Positions 63,882-64,000 of a DNA stretch of 64,000 nucleotides are shown here, piece by piece. The stretch covers positions 117,019-181,018 of the forward strand of contig CAWCYG010000007.1 of NCBI GenBank assembly GCA_963799815.1. Reading direction: 5' to 3'. The position numbers and the translations under genes are program-made. The notes under the pieces are model-generated. The model was not told where the DNA came from, searched no databases, and worked only from the letters and a program-made list of their open reading frames with translations. This stretch comes from an uncultured Solirubrobacterales bacterium. Its GTDB lineage: Bacteria; Actinomycetota; Thermoleophilia; Solirubrobacterales; 70-9. Within the stretch, counting starts at the first letter, position 1; the number at the start of each line of letters is the position of its first letter.

Positions 63882-64000
63882 GCGAGACCCGCGAGGGCGC
63901 CGACTTTCAGCGCGCGCTCGACGCCGCCTTCGCGGGTGGCCCCGAGCGACATCACCAAAAGACTGCCGACCAGGGCAAGCTGCCCGTCCGCGAGCGCCTC
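63878..64000 (+). CDS. Acyl-CoA carboxylase carboxyltransferase (beta) subunit, N-terminal 41 codons only
   Basis: The ATG overlaps the DivIVA stop (ATGA). ...GGPERHHQKTADQGKLPVRERL matches the conserved H..GKLTARERI start of PccB/MccB-type proteins. It runs off the right edge. Confidence 0.55.
   Translation, partial: MSETREGADFQRALDAAFAGGPERHHQKTADQGKLPVRERL

Overview
This is a very GC-rich, densely coding chromosomal segment, with third codon positions almost all G/C. It looks actinobacterial: it carries F420 biosynthesis genes, DivIVA, an Rv2578c-family radical SAM gene and GAAC-N4-GTTC LexA boxes. A deep-branching Rubrobacteria/Thermoleophilia-like origin is only a guess. I can support about 70 protein-coding genes. 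I found no rRNA or tRNA, no CRISPR array, and no transposase, integrase or phage genes.

Main themes:
- C2/acetate assimilation: DUF485-actP-acs, pckG, ccr, ecm/meaA, a Chloroflexus-type malyl-CoA lyase, ACAD, MaoC, hbd, HMG-CoA lyase and a carboxyltransferase.
- A complete F420 locus: fbiC, cofE, cofC, cofD and npdG.
- Metal handling: two ZIP transporters, a two-domain multicopper oxidase with a DtxR-family regulator, and a cupredoxin.
- Thiol-redox proteins, glnA, ppa, an aquaporin and c-di-GMP signalling.

Observations most worth a second look:
1. At least 8 single-nucleotide frame disruptions sit within about 2.7 kb (30.5-33.1 kb). They break mcl, an acyl-CoA dehydrogenase and an SCP2-like gene, while everything else in the window is intact.
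2. Two near-identical LexA boxes each contain the start codon of their gene, and both products begin M-F-V. One gene is the Rv2578c-type radical SAM; the other is an unknown coiled-coil/winged-helix protein.
3. Two genes have N-terminal logic that needs a CTG start fused to the upstream stop as CTGA. The clearest is a lipoprotein sulfatase.
4. An XRE-nucleotidyltransferase pair sits behind a 37-bp near-perfect palindrome.
5. A TAT-exported two-domain multicopper oxidase, a ZIP permease and a DtxR regulator form one operon behind an AT-rich palindrome.
6. A divergent SucCD-like pair is translationally coupled to a ferredoxin that keeps only one cluster.

I did not find a clear, self-contained novel defence or mobile system. 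The items above are leads, not demonstrations. Coordinates of starts are derived from the ORF track plus codon offsets. Small motifs may be off by 1-2 nt.
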